IMG/VR virus record: IMGVR_UViG_3300022752_004478 | Coordinates: 1-61,129 of that record | Strand: one strand, 5' to 3' | From: a virus | Taxonomy: Duplodnaviria > Caudoviricetes | DNA: 61,129 bases | Shown here: piece by piece, positions 46,772 to 57,389 of the stretch | Numbering within the stretch: position 1 is the stretch's first letter | Layout: each line of letters begins with the position of its first letter | Translations under genes and position numbers: made by a program | The notes under the pieces: model-generated | Told to the model about the DNA's origin: nothing | Database searches by the model: none | Seen by the model: the letters and a program-made list of their open reading frames with translations, nothing else

Positions 46772-48232
46772 ATGTTTTACAAAAAAGTAGAGAAAACAAG
46801 TGATAGTCCAGATGCAAGTTTAGGTTTTCAAAGTTCAGTAACAACAACAGAAAACCAACTTGATAGTCAAGTATTATTCACTTATGCAAATTTAAATACG
46901 GTAACAACACCATATGGCAATTTATTTAAATCTTTAAGACTTCCAATTACAACCGATGAAATAACTGCATTTACAAGCACACATCAAAATAGTGCAATTG
47001 GATTTTTAAATAGAGAAGAAATTATTGTTGCTGAAATACCAAAAGGTCAATATGGTGAACTTATTGATGGTAAAACATTTAGTTTAAAAATACCTGTTGT
47101 TTTAAGTGGTGTTGCAACATCAACAACTATTTACGGTTCTTATTTTGGTTTTGATGGAACAGGCACAACAAAAACATTTGTTAAAAATTTAAATAACGAA
47201 AGATGTGAAGGTAGAAGTTTTGTTGGAAGTTTGGGAGCAGCAAGTTCACCAAATTCAAATATTACTCTTTTGTATTCTAACGATATACAAAGACCAAAAG
47301 GCTCAAGACAGGTAGATACACTAGTTAATGACCAATCAATAACTTTAAGTGAAAATGCAGTTAGCGAAGCAACAGCTTATGTTTTTAGCGGAGTTTCAGC
47401 AAGCACAAATGATATTATTTATTTTAAAATACAAGCACAAGTAATAAAAGGCAGTAATCCTGATATTAGCACTATAAAAGTAGCTGTTGGGGGCGGTATT
47501 CAAACTATTAATAAAAATGATGTGACTGTTATAACAAAATCAAATATAACAAATAGTCCATTGAAAATGTATTTTAGCGATGATACATTCACAACTAACA
47601 ATACTGATACACCATTAATTATTTCAATATATAAGGTTACAATTAGTAGTTTATCTTGGGATAGATGGACAGTAAGCAATAAATTTCCAACAGATGAAAA
47701 TAATTTTACAACGGGTAAAAGATATGCAATTTATGATGGTTTTTATATAAATATTCCTGGTAACAGTAACGCAAATTTTGTTAAAAGCTATGATAAACCT
47801 GTTGGTATATTATATAATGACAAGGGATTAGCTGTAATTACAGATTCAACTTTGGTATCGGGTTTTAGATATTCAGCAGGTACTTCTTCGGGATATAATA
47901 ATATTGCATCAGGCAATACATATACAGGTGATGAAAATTTTGCAAAGATTTATTTTACATCATCAACTTTATGTCAATCACAATATAAGTCAGTAACAAC
48001 TGAATATGTACAAAACATTATGTGTATTGCAATGCCAAATGAATTTTTTTATACAAATAATTCTACATATCCTGAAGCATATGATGAGAATGTAACAAAT
48101 AGACCTACATTCATAACATCTGTTGGTTTATATAATAAGTTTGGTGAGTTAATTGGTATTGGCAAGATGAGTGAGCCTGTAAAGAAAGAAAAGGAAAGTA
48201 TCATACCATTTAATGTTAAGCTAAAGCTATAG
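46772..48232 (+). CDS. Virion structural protein carrying the C-terminal module seen in 43892-45943
   Basis: TNNST...FITSVGLYN..GELIGIGKMSEPVKK parallels TSNNPT...VTEAGIYD...LVAIGKLNTPIKK. Confidence 0.6.
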   Translation: MFYKKVEKTSDSPDASLGFQSSVTTTENQLDSQVLFTYANLNTVTTPYGNLFKSLRLPITTDEITAFTSTHQNSAIGFLNREEIIVAEIPKGQYGELIDGKTFSLKIPVVLSGVATSTTIYGSYFGFDGTGTTKTFVKNLNNERCEGRSFVGSLGAASSPNSNITLLYSNDIQRPKGSRQVDTLVNDQSITLSENAVSEATAYVFSGVSASTNDIIYFKIQAQVIKGSNPDISTIKVAVGGGIQTINKNDVTVITKSNITNSPLKMYFSDDTFTTNNTDTPLIISIYKVTISSLSWDRWTVSNKFPTDENNFTTGKRYAIYDGFYINIPGNSNANFVKSYDKPVGILYNDKGLAVITDSTLVSGFRYSAGTSSGYNNIASGNTYTGDENFAKIYFTSSTLCQSQYKSVTTEYVQNIMCIAMPNEFFYTNNSTYPEAYDENVTNRPTFITSVGLYNKFGELIGIGKMSEPVKKEKESIIPFNVKLKL

Positions 48233-48245
48233 CGTATTTTAATTT

Positions 48246-48866
48246 ATGGAAATTATTAATTTTAAAGATTTGGGTATAATTATACCCAAGGATAGGGTTT
48301 TTATATCATTTGATATATCTACTAGTTGTATTGGTTTTTCTATGTACAATGAAAATTTTGATTTAATATCTGTAAAGGCTTTAAAGATGTCAACAAATAA
48401 AGATTGCCAAGATGACCCTGAAATTACTAAAGGCGATGGATTTAAAAAATTTGTAGAGCAGTTACAGATTTACGAAATAATTGATATATTTGTTGAGGAG
48501 CCTTTGGTGAAGTCAAACAATGTTTACACGGTAAATAAGCTTTTAAAATTCAATGGAATATGTTCATATATTTTAAGAGACAGTTTAGGCATAATCCCAA
48601 AATTTTTGAGTGTAGACGAGGTTAGGAGAATATTTTGCCCTGAGATGACCGAATATGACGAGAAAAAAAATAAATTCATATTGAAGTTCAAATCAAGAAA
48701 AATTGACCCAAAAAGTTATATATTTAATAAAATATCAAAGGAGTATGAAAATATTTCTTGGTTAATAAATAAAAACGGCAAGTTCAAAACTGAGAATTAC
48801 GACATTAGCGACTCAATTGCACTTGCAAAAGCATCTTTTAAGAAATTTTATGAAAAAGAATATTAA
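48246..48866 (+). CDS. RuvC-like Holliday junction resolvase
   Basis: SFDISTSCIG, IFVEEP, YDISDSIALA acidic motifs. Confidence 0.75.
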   Translation: MEIINFKDLGIIIPKDRVFISFDISTSCIGFSMYNENFDLISVKALKMSTNKDCQDDPEITKGDGFKKFVEQLQIYEIIDIFVEEPLVKSNNVYTVNKLLKFNGICSYILRDSLGIIPKFLSVDEVRRIFCPEMTEYDEKKNKFILKFKSRKIDPKSYIFNKISKEYENISWLINKNGKFKTENYDISDSIALAKASFKKFYEKEY

Positions 48867-49362
48867 AAAAGAAGACAATAGAATTTATGTAGACTTGCTC
48901 ACAACGATAAACAGGTTTAGTTATTTTTCATGCGAAATGATTCTCCCTGAAGACATTGACAGTTTTTTTGAAGAATATGGAAAGGAGTATGAAAATCCCG
49001 AAATGTTTTTTGAGACACTTGACCCTATTTTAGAGCAATCTGATAGGGTTATGTATTTAACTGGAACATTGGTTGATGTTGAGTATATAAATTTTATAAA
49101 TACATGGGAGCAAATATCAATTGAAGATAAAAAAAGACATATAAAAGAAGATTTTATTGATTTATTAATTCCTGTTACAATTCACTATTCCAACAATGAA
49201 AGTTTCACTACTCTTTATGTTATTGACCTTTTTAAAATAAAAACAAAAAGAAGAAAGAAAACAGAAATCGAACTACAATCAGAATTGGACGATGCTGTAA
49301 AATCAGAAAATTATGAATTAGCTGTAAAGATTAGAGAAAAAATTAAAAAAATTAAAAAATAA
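48850..49362 (+). CDS. Protein with C-terminal UvrB/UvrC (UVR) motif
   Basis: LQSELDDAVKSENYELAVKIREKIKK. Confidence 0.7.
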   Translation: MKKNIKKEDNRIYVDLLTTINRFSYFSCEMILPEDIDSFFEEYGKEYENPEMFFETLDPILEQSDRVMYLTGTLVDVEYINFINTWEQISIEDKKRHIKEDFIDLLIPVTIHYSNNESFTTLYVIDLFKIKTKRRKKTEIELQSELDDAVKSENYELAVKIREKIKKIKK

Positions 49363-49364
49363 TT

Positions 49365-50942
49365 ATGATTAAGAAATCAACAATTACACCGGATAGTAGA
49401 GTTAATACTGCTATTGATATTTTAAATAATTGCATCAAAAACAATAAAACAATAAATCAAACAGAACAATACGAAGGTTTTGTAAGAAAAGTTATAATTA
49501 GCAAATCTAGTAAAGATGCTATTGGTTATAGTAAACTAATAGACATATATAATGAATATCTAATTTCAAAGAAAAAATTTGATAAAAGTTCTAACAAAGT
49601 TAGTTTAGATGTAGTTGAAAAATATGATAATAGGAGTAGTTGGTTAGCAAATCGTGATGAGAATAATAAAATCATTGATTATTCATTTACAATTTATATT
49701 CAAGATGAAAAACCATTTATTGGTAAATTAACAAGACAACAACTTGAAACAATTCATCAATATTATCCACATGTAACAATGATGAATGTTTCTTCTTACT
49801 TTCCTTACTTAACATTTCAACAATTTAAAAGGATATTAAGATGCTTTAATATAACTAAAGATTCTTTATTTCCTTTACATATTTTAGAAGAACATAGCGA
49901 AGAAGAAATTGCTGAATTTGCATTAAAAAACAAAGCATCAGCTAGTCTAAATAAAATTGTTGAAAAAAGGGCATCCTTTATTGAAAAGAAATATTTTGAA
50001 AGTCAAGAAAAAATTTATGACCTTGAAAATATTCATAAGTTTATTGAGGAAACTATTGAAAAATATTATAATAGGAATAAACAAGAAAAAGAAGAATTAA
50101 AAAACGCTGAAATATTAGGAAAATATAGTGATATTTGTTACTTAATGTATTCTGATATACATTATGGCAAAAAATATGATAACCCTGTATTTGGTAGAGG
50201 TTATAATAAAGATATTGCACATGAAAGAATGATGCAAATTGCAAAAAAGACAGTAGATTATATTAAATTTAAAAATCTTAATAGTCTTTATATTCTTTTT
50301 GGTGGTGATATGTTTGAATCAGTAATGACAGGGGGAATGAGAAGCGAACATTTAAGAAGTATGGACCTAGTTGGTATTGACCAAATCCTATATGGTGTTG
50401 ATTCTCAAATTGAGTTTTTAAATTATTTAAGAATAAATTTAGGAAGTCAATTTCCAATTGTAATTACATGTATTGGGGGAAATCATGACCGCATAGGTAT
50501 TGACAGAAATGATGACCAAGAAAGAACAGGCTCTCTAATTGCCTATCATATGATTAAAAGGCATTTTAGCAATGACAATTTTATTTGTATAACTATACCA
50601 AGAAAACCTGTTCATGTTGAAAAGATACAAAATCATGAATTAAATGATTTGTGCATTATTGCACATCATGGTGATGCTGAAATTATTAAAAAGAAAGGTC
50701 ACGAACTTGTTAATCTTTATGGTATTGGTACATCTGGTTATCACTTGGTTGTAAATGGACATTGGCATTCAACGGATATTTCATTTAATGCGGGTACAAA
50801 TTATATGGAAATTTCATTACCATCAGTTTGTTCAGTTGATGAATTTATTTTAGATAGATTAGGGAATAATCAATTACCTGGTTTTTTACTTGGTGTATGT
50901 GAAAATTCAGGTTTTAGTTTTTCAAATGAAGTTTTATATTAA
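49365..50942 (+). CDS. Calcineurin-like metallophosphoesterase with long N-terminal extension
   Basis: SDIHYG, GGDMFE, GGNHDR, HHGD, GHWH. Confidence 0.85.
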   Translation: MIKKSTITPDSRVNTAIDILNNCIKNNKTINQTEQYEGFVRKVIISKSSKDAIGYSKLIDIYNEYLISKKKFDKSSNKVSLDVVEKYDNRSSWLANRDENNKIIDYSFTIYIQDEKPFIGKLTRQQLETIHQYYPHVTMMNVSSYFPYLTFQQFKRILRCFNITKDSLFPLHILEEHSEEEIAEFALKNKASASLNKIVEKRASFIEKKYFESQEKIYDLENIHKFIEETIEKYYNRNKQEKEELKNAEILGKYSDICYLMYSDIHYGKKYDNPVFGRGYNKDIAHERMMQIAKKTVDYIKFKNLNSLYILFGGDMFESVMTGGMRSEHLRSMDLVGIDQILYGVDSQIEFLNYLRINLGSQFPIVITCIGGNHDRIGIDRNDDQERTGSLIAYHMIKRHFSNDNFICITIPRKPVHVEKIQNHELNDLCIIAHHGDAEIIKKKGHELVNLYGIGTSGYHLVVNGHWHSTDISFNAGTNYMEISLPSVCSVDEFILDRLGNNQLPGFLLGVCENSGFSFSNEVLY

Positions 50943-50948
50943 TAATTT

Positions 50949-51668
50949 ATGATTACAAATTTTGAAATTGATAATGGTATCATTATTGACATTGAAACAG
51001 TATCCGAATATTCATCATTTTATGAATTTAACAAGAATAAACCATCTTTAGCATCTAGTTTTTTAAAAAGAGCAAAATGGTACGCTGATAATGAATATAG
51101 ATGTGATTTAGATGATGAACTTTTAAATGAGATTTATCTTAAAAAAGCACCTCTTTATTCAGAATATGGTAAAATCATTGTAATTTGTTGTGGTGGATTT
51201 AAGGGTGATGAATTTGGTAAAATTTCATTTTCATCTGAAGATGATGAAGCACAAATTATTAACAACTTTTTTACATTTATTAACAAAAAGATTTCAAAAA
51301 CTCCAACAAGTTGTATTGTTGGTTATAATATTAATTCTTTTGATGTTCCTTTTATTATAAAAAGAGCATTTGTTAACAATATTTTACAAATTCCAACAAT
51401 TTTTAAGATTTTTGATAAAAAACCTTGGGAATTATCAGCAAAGTTTAAAGACATATTTCTTCTTTGGCAAATGAACACAAAAAACTTTGTTTCTTTAGAT
51501 GCTGTTGCTAGTTGTTTAGGTCTTGAAACACATAAAGATACTATGGATGGGTCAATGGTTGGTTCAACATTTCATATTGAAAAAAATCTACAAAAGATTA
51601 TCGATTATTGCGAGATGGATGTTGAGTTAACAGGGAAAGTGATGAAAAGACTAATGCTTAATGGTTAA
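50949..51668 (+). CDS. DEDD 3'-5' exonuclease (PolB exonuclease-like)
   Basis: IDIET, GYNINSFDVPFI, YCEMDV. Confidence 0.88.
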   Translation: MITNFEIDNGIIIDIETVSEYSSFYEFNKNKPSLASSFLKRAKWYADNEYRCDLDDELLNEIYLKKAPLYSEYGKIIVICCGGFKGDEFGKISFSSEDDEAQIINNFFTFINKKISKTPTSCIVGYNINSFDVPFIIKRAFVNNILQIPTIFKIFDKKPWELSAKFKDIFLLWQMNTKNFVSLDAVASCLGLETHKDTMDGSMVGSTFHIEKNLQKIIDYCEMDVELTGKVMKRLMLNG

Positions 51669-52230
51669 AGAGATATTAATAAATCCTATTGATAATTTTG
51701 TCAAAGAGGAGACAAGCAAAAAATATATTATTATATGTGATACATTAAGAGATAATTTTGATAAATACATCCTTTCATTGAAAAAAAAGGATTATTGTCC
51801 ATCTTATGTTATTAAAAAAGATGGTACTATACATAAATTTTTTGATGAAAAGTATTATTCAAATTTTTCAAATATTGAAAAGATAAATAAATCGTCAATT
51901 TTTATTGCTCTTGAGAATTCGGGTAGATTAACAAAAAATGATGACAATTTTATCAATTGGTGTGATGAAATTATAGATAATAAATATGCCAAGGAAATAT
52001 CAATTAATAATAAATTTGAATATTATGATATTTATACAAAAATTCAGACAGAAAACCTTGGTTATTTAATATTACATTTAACAAATAAACATAATTTAAA
52101 TTTAAAAAGAATAAATTTGAATAAACAGGATGAAAATACTATTATTTTTTTAAATCAAATTGACATATTTTCATACTCACCAAATCCAAGTCTAAATTTA
52201 GAAAAAGTAAATTCAACCATATTTGGTTAA
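51661..52230 (+). CDS. Amidase_2-like protein, apparently degenerate
   Basis: YVIKKDGTIHK, N..SIFIALEN, YT..Q...L..L pattern; IIICDT where a Zn-binding His is expected. Confidence 0.5.
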   Translation: MVKEILINPIDNFVKEETSKKYIIICDTLRDNFDKYILSLKKKDYCPSYVIKKDGTIHKFFDEKYYSNFSNIEKINKSSIFIALENSGRLTKNDDNFINWCDEIIDNKYAKEISINNKFEYYDIYTKIQTENLGYLILHLTNKHNLNLKRINLNKQDENTIIFLNQIDIFSYSPNPSLNLEKVNSTIFG

Positions 52231-52649
52231 AATTTCACTTGTTTCATGTCCATTAATTCCTGAATCATTTTCTGCACCTCATCTTGGTCTTCTTTAGATA
52301 AAGAAGCATCGTCTTTTTGATTAGTTTTAGATTTATTATTTTTAAAATCTAAGTCTCCAAATATTTTAACACCATTAAGGTGTTTAGTAATTAGGTCGGT
52401 TTTCATCTTTAAATACTCTTTAAAAGCGTTCAAAGAGTTATTCCTTGATTGCTCTAGTTGAGCCATTAATTGAAGCCTTACAGGGTCTTCTACGCTGTCT
52501 GAGCCTAATTCTTCAATGATTCTTAAGACAAAGTTATAATGTCTTATACCCATTTGTTTATAATGTTCCAATACACTATAAACTTCATTCATGTGTTTTT
52601 CAATACTTTCCTGTGTTAGAGATAATTTAGAGCGTTTAGGTCTAGGCAT
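52227..52649 (-). CDS. Hypothetical helical protein
   Basis: 140-aa ORF; CTACTTA variant motif 11 nt upstream. Confidence 0.65.
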   Translation of the reverse strand: MPRPKRSKLSLTQESIEKHMNEVYSVLEHYKQMGIRHYNFVLRIIEELGSDSVEDPVRLQLMAQLEQSRNNSLNAFKEYLKMKTDLITKHLNGVKIFGDLDFKNNKSKTNQKDDASLSKEDQDEVQKMIQELMDMKQVKF

Positions 52650-52660
52650 ATTGTTTATTA

Positions 52661-52694
52661 TAAGTAGTTAAAAAATACTATTTAAGTAAAATAG
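52661..52694. promoter_or_regulatory. Divergent promoter region: CTATTTA (+, 52678-52684) and CTACTTA (-, 52661-52667)
   Basis: Between divergent ATGs 52649 and 52703; CTATTTA-AGT-AAAATAG is a one-mismatch copy of the 17-bp palindrome. Confidence 0.5.
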
Positions 52695-52702
52695 ATATTT
52701 AA

Positions 52703-54517
52703 ATGGCAACAGTTTTAAACTATAATAAAAGGAACTTTTTTGAGATAAAAGAGGAAATAAAAAGTTTTATAAGGAGTAATTATCCCGAAGCATTTTTAAA
52801 TTTAGAGGATAATTCTGTTGGTTCTGTTTTTATTGATATTTTAGCGGGTACAAGTGAGATGAATTATTTCAATCTTGACCGTGTATTTCAAGAAACACAA
52901 CTTGAAAATGCTCAATTAAAAAAATCATTATTTAACATTGCAAAGAATCTTGGTGTTAAAATACCAAATAGGAAACCATCTGTTACATTAATTAATATTA
53001 GTGTAACTGTACCTGCACAAAATGATTCATACAATGAAAGTTATTTACCTATAGTAAAAGCAGGTACTCAGTTTACAAATGGAACCATAATATTTGAATT
53101 ACTTGATGATGTTGATTTTTCATTGGATATATCAAATCAAGGAATAGCAAATAGGACAATTATACCAAATTTAAATAACTTCAATGAGGTAGTTACATAT
53201 ACAATAACAAAACAGGAAATTGTTTATAATGGAGAAACAAGAATTGCAAGAAGGTTTGTAACAAATGAAGAATCGAAACCATTTTATCAAATAGTTTTAC
53301 CTGAAGATGATGTTATTGATATAACATCAATTATTGTTAAAAGTGGAAATATAACAACAGTTCCAACTGATGATGAATTTAATGACCAAGACTTACAATA
53401 TTTTCAATTAGATTATTTAGCTGAAAATGAAATATTTATTGAATCTTCACCTACCATTTCTGTAAATGGTGTAAGAAAAGGTGTTTGGAAAAAAGTAAAG
53501 AAAAAATTTATTAAAGAATTTAGTGATTTAGGTTTTTGTAGAATTACATTTGGTGGTGGTAGTGGTTCATTGAATATATTTAATAATACATTAGAAAATC
53601 TTGATAATTTTTCAAAAATTGAATCTTATCTTTATAATACATCTTTAGGTGAAAAAATACCAGGGAACTCAACAATATACATTAAATATAGAGTTGGTGG
53701 TGGATTTAATACTAATCTTGGTCCAAATAGTATAATTAATATTACCAATAGTAATGTAATAGTAAATGGACCAAATGCAAGTATTAATCAATCTGTTTTA
53801 AATACACTAAGTTGTACAAATCCAATTCCAGCATTGGGTGGAAGAGATACTTTAAACATAGATGAATTAAGAAATATGATATCTTATAATTATTCTGCAC
53901 AAAATAGAGCAGTTACATTAGAAGATTATTATGCAATTCTTTTTAGAATGCCCGGAAAATTTGGTGTTCCATTTAAATTTACAACATCTTTAAGAAATAA
54001 TAAAATTATTTATAATATTATTGGATTAGATTCAGAAAATAGATTAAATAACACATCAACAGACCTTTTAAAAGAAAATATTACAGAATTTTTAACTTCA
54101 TATAGAATGGTTAATGATTATATAGAAGTTGAAGATGGTCAAATTTATAATATTGCATATAATATAAATGTTTTAGTTGAAAAAACAACTACCAATGATT
54201 TTGATATTATTGCAAGAGTAATTAAAGAAGTATTAGATTTTCATTCTGTTTTTAAATCTAAAATTGGTGAAAATATTTACATTGGTAGGTTAATAGAAGC
54301 AATTAATAACGTACCTAATATAATAAATATAAATTCAATAAGAGCATTTAATAAAGTTGCTGGCTTATATTCTTCAAATATAATGAATACATTGTTTTTA
54401 GATAATACTACAAGAGAAATTGATTTGACCGATGGTACACTTTATAATTCTTACGATGGTATTTTTGAAATAAAATATAATAATGATATTAAAATAACGG
54501 TATCTAAATTAGGATAA
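52703..54517 (+). CDS. T4 gp6-like baseplate wedge subunit
   Basis: NFFEIKEEI, ETQLENAQ, ITFGGG, YRVGGG...N, AQNRAVTLEDY. Confidence 0.9.
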   Translation: MATVLNYNKRNFFEIKEEIKSFIRSNYPEAFLNLEDNSVGSVFIDILAGTSEMNYFNLDRVFQETQLENAQLKKSLFNIAKNLGVKIPNRKPSVTLINISVTVPAQNDSYNESYLPIVKAGTQFTNGTIIFELLDDVDFSLDISNQGIANRTIIPNLNNFNEVVTYTITKQEIVYNGETRIARRFVTNEESKPFYQIVLPEDDVIDITSIIVKSGNITTVPTDDEFNDQDLQYFQLDYLAENEIFIESSPTISVNGVRKGVWKKVKKKFIKEFSDLGFCRITFGGGSGSLNIFNNTLENLDNFSKIESYLYNTSLGEKIPGNSTIYIKYRVGGGFNTNLGPNSIINITNSNVIVNGPNASINQSVLNTLSCTNPIPALGGRDTLNIDELRNMISYNYSAQNRAVTLEDYYAILFRMPGKFGVPFKFTTSLRNNKIIYNIIGLDSENRLNNTSTDLLKENITEFLTSYRMVNDYIEVEDGQIYNIAYNINVLVEKTTTNDFDIIARVIKEVLDFHSVFKSKIGENIYIGRLIEAINNVPNIININSIRAFNKVAGLYSSNIMNTLFLDNTTREIDLTDGTLYNSYDGIFEIKYNNDIKITVSKLG

Positions 54518-54518
54518 T

Positions 54519-55778
54519 ATGAGTATTGGTTCAAGTAAATCAAAAATTTTTGATAAAATAAAATTATATTCAAGTATTGCAAATTCAGACATTGATAATA
54601 AAAGTTTTTCATCTTTGTTATCAACAAGCAATAATCCTTATGAATTTTTATTTGACATAATAAAAACAACATCAGGTGAAGGTGGGTTAGAAACTCTAAC
54701 ACAAGTTGTTTTATCAAAAGTGATAACACAATCATTTTTAAATAAATTAAGTGATAAAATATATAATATTATTGGCAAAGCAGCACCGGAAAATTTAACT
54801 ATTAATAACACAACATTTGATGTATCTGTTAAATCAATTGACCCAACAAATTCTTTTAAAAATCTAAATACAGTACAAAATTCAATTCCATTTAATCAAA
54901 CAATCTTTAATCAAGTTTTATCAAATCCAAATAATTCAGTTTCTTTTAATTTAATTCAAAATGAAGCATATACAAAACAACTTAAAATGACTTATGATGA
55001 AGTCACTAAAAATATTAAAACAGAAATACCACAAATCACATCAAATGACTTAATTATTGGTTTAAAATCATTAATTGGTCCTATGTTTAGTGCAAATGTG
55101 ATTATTAATGAAATTATTAATATTCTTTTTCATACCGATTTTAAAAAAGAAGATGCACAAATTTTGACAATGATTCGTTCATATACAAATTATGAATCAA
55201 AAAATGGATTTAAAATGGATTTAAAAAAATTATTAGATTTAGAATTAAATACTAGTGTAGAAGGATACAATATTGATGTAAACTGCTTTAGAGAAAACAT
55301 AACAGTCACAAAAGAACAAATTGACAAATTAATACAAGAACCTACTGTACAGAATTTTCGTGTTTTAATTCCTGAATTTCTTGATGAAACATCACAAAAT
55401 GTAAAAAATGATTATTATAAAAACATTATAAAGGCTATAATTGAAGCAATACTTTCAATAATAATAAAACAACCTGTTATAGTATTTTTTATTTCACTAT
55501 GGTATAAAATAGTTGATTTTTTTGCTGATTTAAATGAATTTGAATTTGACATTCCTGGTTTATTTGAAAAATTTAAAGATTGGCTTGAACAAATATTTGA
55601 TGATATTTACAGAGAAATTTTTTGCGTTATTTTTAATTGGATTAAAAAACAATTAATAAAATTAGTTGTATCTGTAACAATTATTTTATTAAAAGAACAA
55701 TTAGAAAAAAGAAAAGGTATATTAGAGTCTTTAACAGGTTCTAGATTTACTCAAAGAAGTAGAGAATTTAATATATGA
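54519..55778 (+). CDS. Hypothetical protein (probably virion-associated)
   Basis: 419-aa ORF coupled to gp6-like gene. Confidence 0.6.
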   Translation: MSIGSSKSKIFDKIKLYSSIANSDIDNKSFSSLLSTSNNPYEFLFDIIKTTSGEGGLETLTQVVLSKVITQSFLNKLSDKIYNIIGKAAPENLTINNTTFDVSVKSIDPTNSFKNLNTVQNSIPFNQTIFNQVLSNPNNSVSFNLIQNEAYTKQLKMTYDEVTKNIKTEIPQITSNDLIIGLKSLIGPMFSANVIINEIINILFHTDFKKEDAQILTMIRSYTNYESKNGFKMDLKKLLDLELNTSVEGYNIDVNCFRENITVTKEQIDKLIQEPTVQNFRVLIPEFLDETSQNVKNDYYKNIIKAIIEAILSIIIKQPVIVFFISLWYKIVDFFADLNEFEFDIPGLFEKFKDWLEQIFDDIYREIFCVIFNWIKKQLIKLVVSVTIILLKEQLEKRKGILESLTGSRFTQRSREFNI

Positions 55779-56173
55779 TAGATAAAGTTTTTAAAGAAGC
55801 AATAGAAAGTTTAAATAACATTCTTGCAATAAAAGAATTACCAAATGTTGGTGTTGTACCACCACAACTTGCTGCACTATCAAAATCTAGAGGTGGTATG
55901 TCAGCAATAAGAGCAGCTAATAAAGTATTAGAAAAAAAGAAAGAATTAGGATTACCAACAGGAAACCTAGAAGATGGTAGCGCAAATGATGATGATATAC
56001 TTTGGTATATAGCAATTCAAAGTATGTTGGATGAAATAACTAAAGAAGCAAAAATAACTTCTACATCTATTCCAGGAACACAAATTGTAGCATCAGGTGG
56101 TAATGCAGGTGGACCTATTGTAGTTTATGGCGCAACAACAAGTTTTTCAGATGGTGGTACAATTATTGAATAA
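55775..56173 (+). CDS. Hypothetical protein (probably virion-associated)
   Basis: RGGMSAIR, GGNAGGPIVV; overlaps upstream stop (ATGA). Confidence 0.65.
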   Translation: MIDKVFKEAIESLNNILAIKELPNVGVVPPQLAALSKSRGGMSAIRAANKVLEKKKELGLPTGNLEDGSANDDDILWYIAIQSMLDEITKEAKITSTSIPGTQIVASGGNAGGPIVVYGATTSFSDGGTIIE

Positions 56174-56195
56174 TAACACATATATTTAAACAAAT

Positions 56196-56492
56196 ATGCA
56201 TTTACAAGAAATTTTAGAAAGAAATTTATCATCTTTTACAAAAGAAAAAAATGATGTACTAATCAAATCAATAAACTATTTGGTTGATGAATTTACAGAA
56301 AATCAAAAACAATTAAATCTTCTTTTAGATGAAATTGAAAACAAACCAATTGAAGATGATTTTTTCTTTAAAAATCTTAAAAAAGAAGACTATAAGAAAA
56401 AAGCAGAATTGTTAGAAAATAATATTTTAACAATAGAAAAAAGATGGTCCGAATTGGTTCTCATTCTAAATGAGCGTTTTAACAAAAAATAA
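56196..56492 (+). CDS. Hypothetical coiled-coil protein
   Basis: 98-aa ORF. Confidence 0.6.
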   Translation: MHLQEILERNLSSFTKEKNDVLIKSINYLVDEFTENQKQLNLLLDEIENKPIEDDFFFKNLKKEDYKKKAELLENNILTIEKRWSELVLILNERFNKK

Positions 56493-56546
56493 ATTTTTTT
56501 TTGTTAAGTTAATTTTTTTTTGAATTTTTGTGTTTTATAATTGACC

Positions 56547-57389
56547 ATGAAAAAAATTGATTCAAAAACGATAATAATATCGAAAGACTCCGCAGACATT
56601 TTAAAATTTTATTACCAAGAATTGAGAAAAATAAAGTTAATTCCTAAAGATGAGGAAATAAAACTTTTTTTTGAGTATAGGGAAACAAAATGTGAAAAAA
56701 TCAAAAATTTATTAATAAATAATAACTTGCGTTTTGTTTTGAATGTGTCAAAACATTATCATAGTGGTTATTTTTATGAGTTGAGTGATATAATTTCATC
56801 AGGAAATATAGGTTTGATTAAAGCAATTGAACAATTTGACCCATATAAAGGTTTTAAATTTAGTACATATGCCATATGGTGGATAAAACAATCTATATTG
56901 GATGGTATTAGCAAAGAATCAAAAATGCTAAAGCAACCAATAAAGCAACATAGTGTCAATAAAAAATATTTAGAATTAAAAAATAATTTTTATAATAAAT
57001 ATGGTTTTGACCCAAATATAGAAGATATATCAGAAGAATTAGGGGAAATAACAGCAAGTGAAATAATTGCTAAATCTATTAGCGCAATAAATGATAATAA
57101 TATTTTTTCATTAAGCACCGAAATAAATTCAGCAGAGAATTTGACATTTGATGATATTTTATCATCATCATTGATGGATGATAATAAAATTATATCTGAT
57201 ATAGACTTAAACAGTATTAATTTTAATAAACTTACTAAAATGCAAAAGTTGGTTTTATCTTATCTTTATGGTTTTGAAAATAAACCTGAATTAAGTTTAA
57301 AACAAATTGCAGATATTTTAAATATGTCAGAAAAGAACGTAAAAAATATACTTGAAAAAGCATTTAAAACAATTAAAAATGATTTATAA
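56547..57389 (+). CDS. RpoD-like sigma-70 factor lacking region 1.1
   Basis: NNLRFVLNVSKHY, GNIGLIKAIEQFDPYKGFKFSTYAIWWIKQSI, region 4 LSLKQIADILNMSEKNVK. Confidence 0.92.
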   Translation: MKKIDSKTIIISKDSADILKFYYQELRKIKLIPKDEEIKLFFEYRETKCEKIKNLLINNNLRFVLNVSKHYHSGYFYELSDIISSGNIGLIKAIEQFDPYKGFKFSTYAIWWIKQSILDGISKESKMLKQPIKQHSVNKKYLELKNNFYNKYGFDPNIEDISEELGEITASEIIAKSISAINDNNIFSLSTEINSAENLTFDDILSSSLMDDNKIISDIDLNSINFNKLTKMQKLVLSYLYGFENKPELSLKQIADILNMSEKNVKNILEKAFKTIKNDL

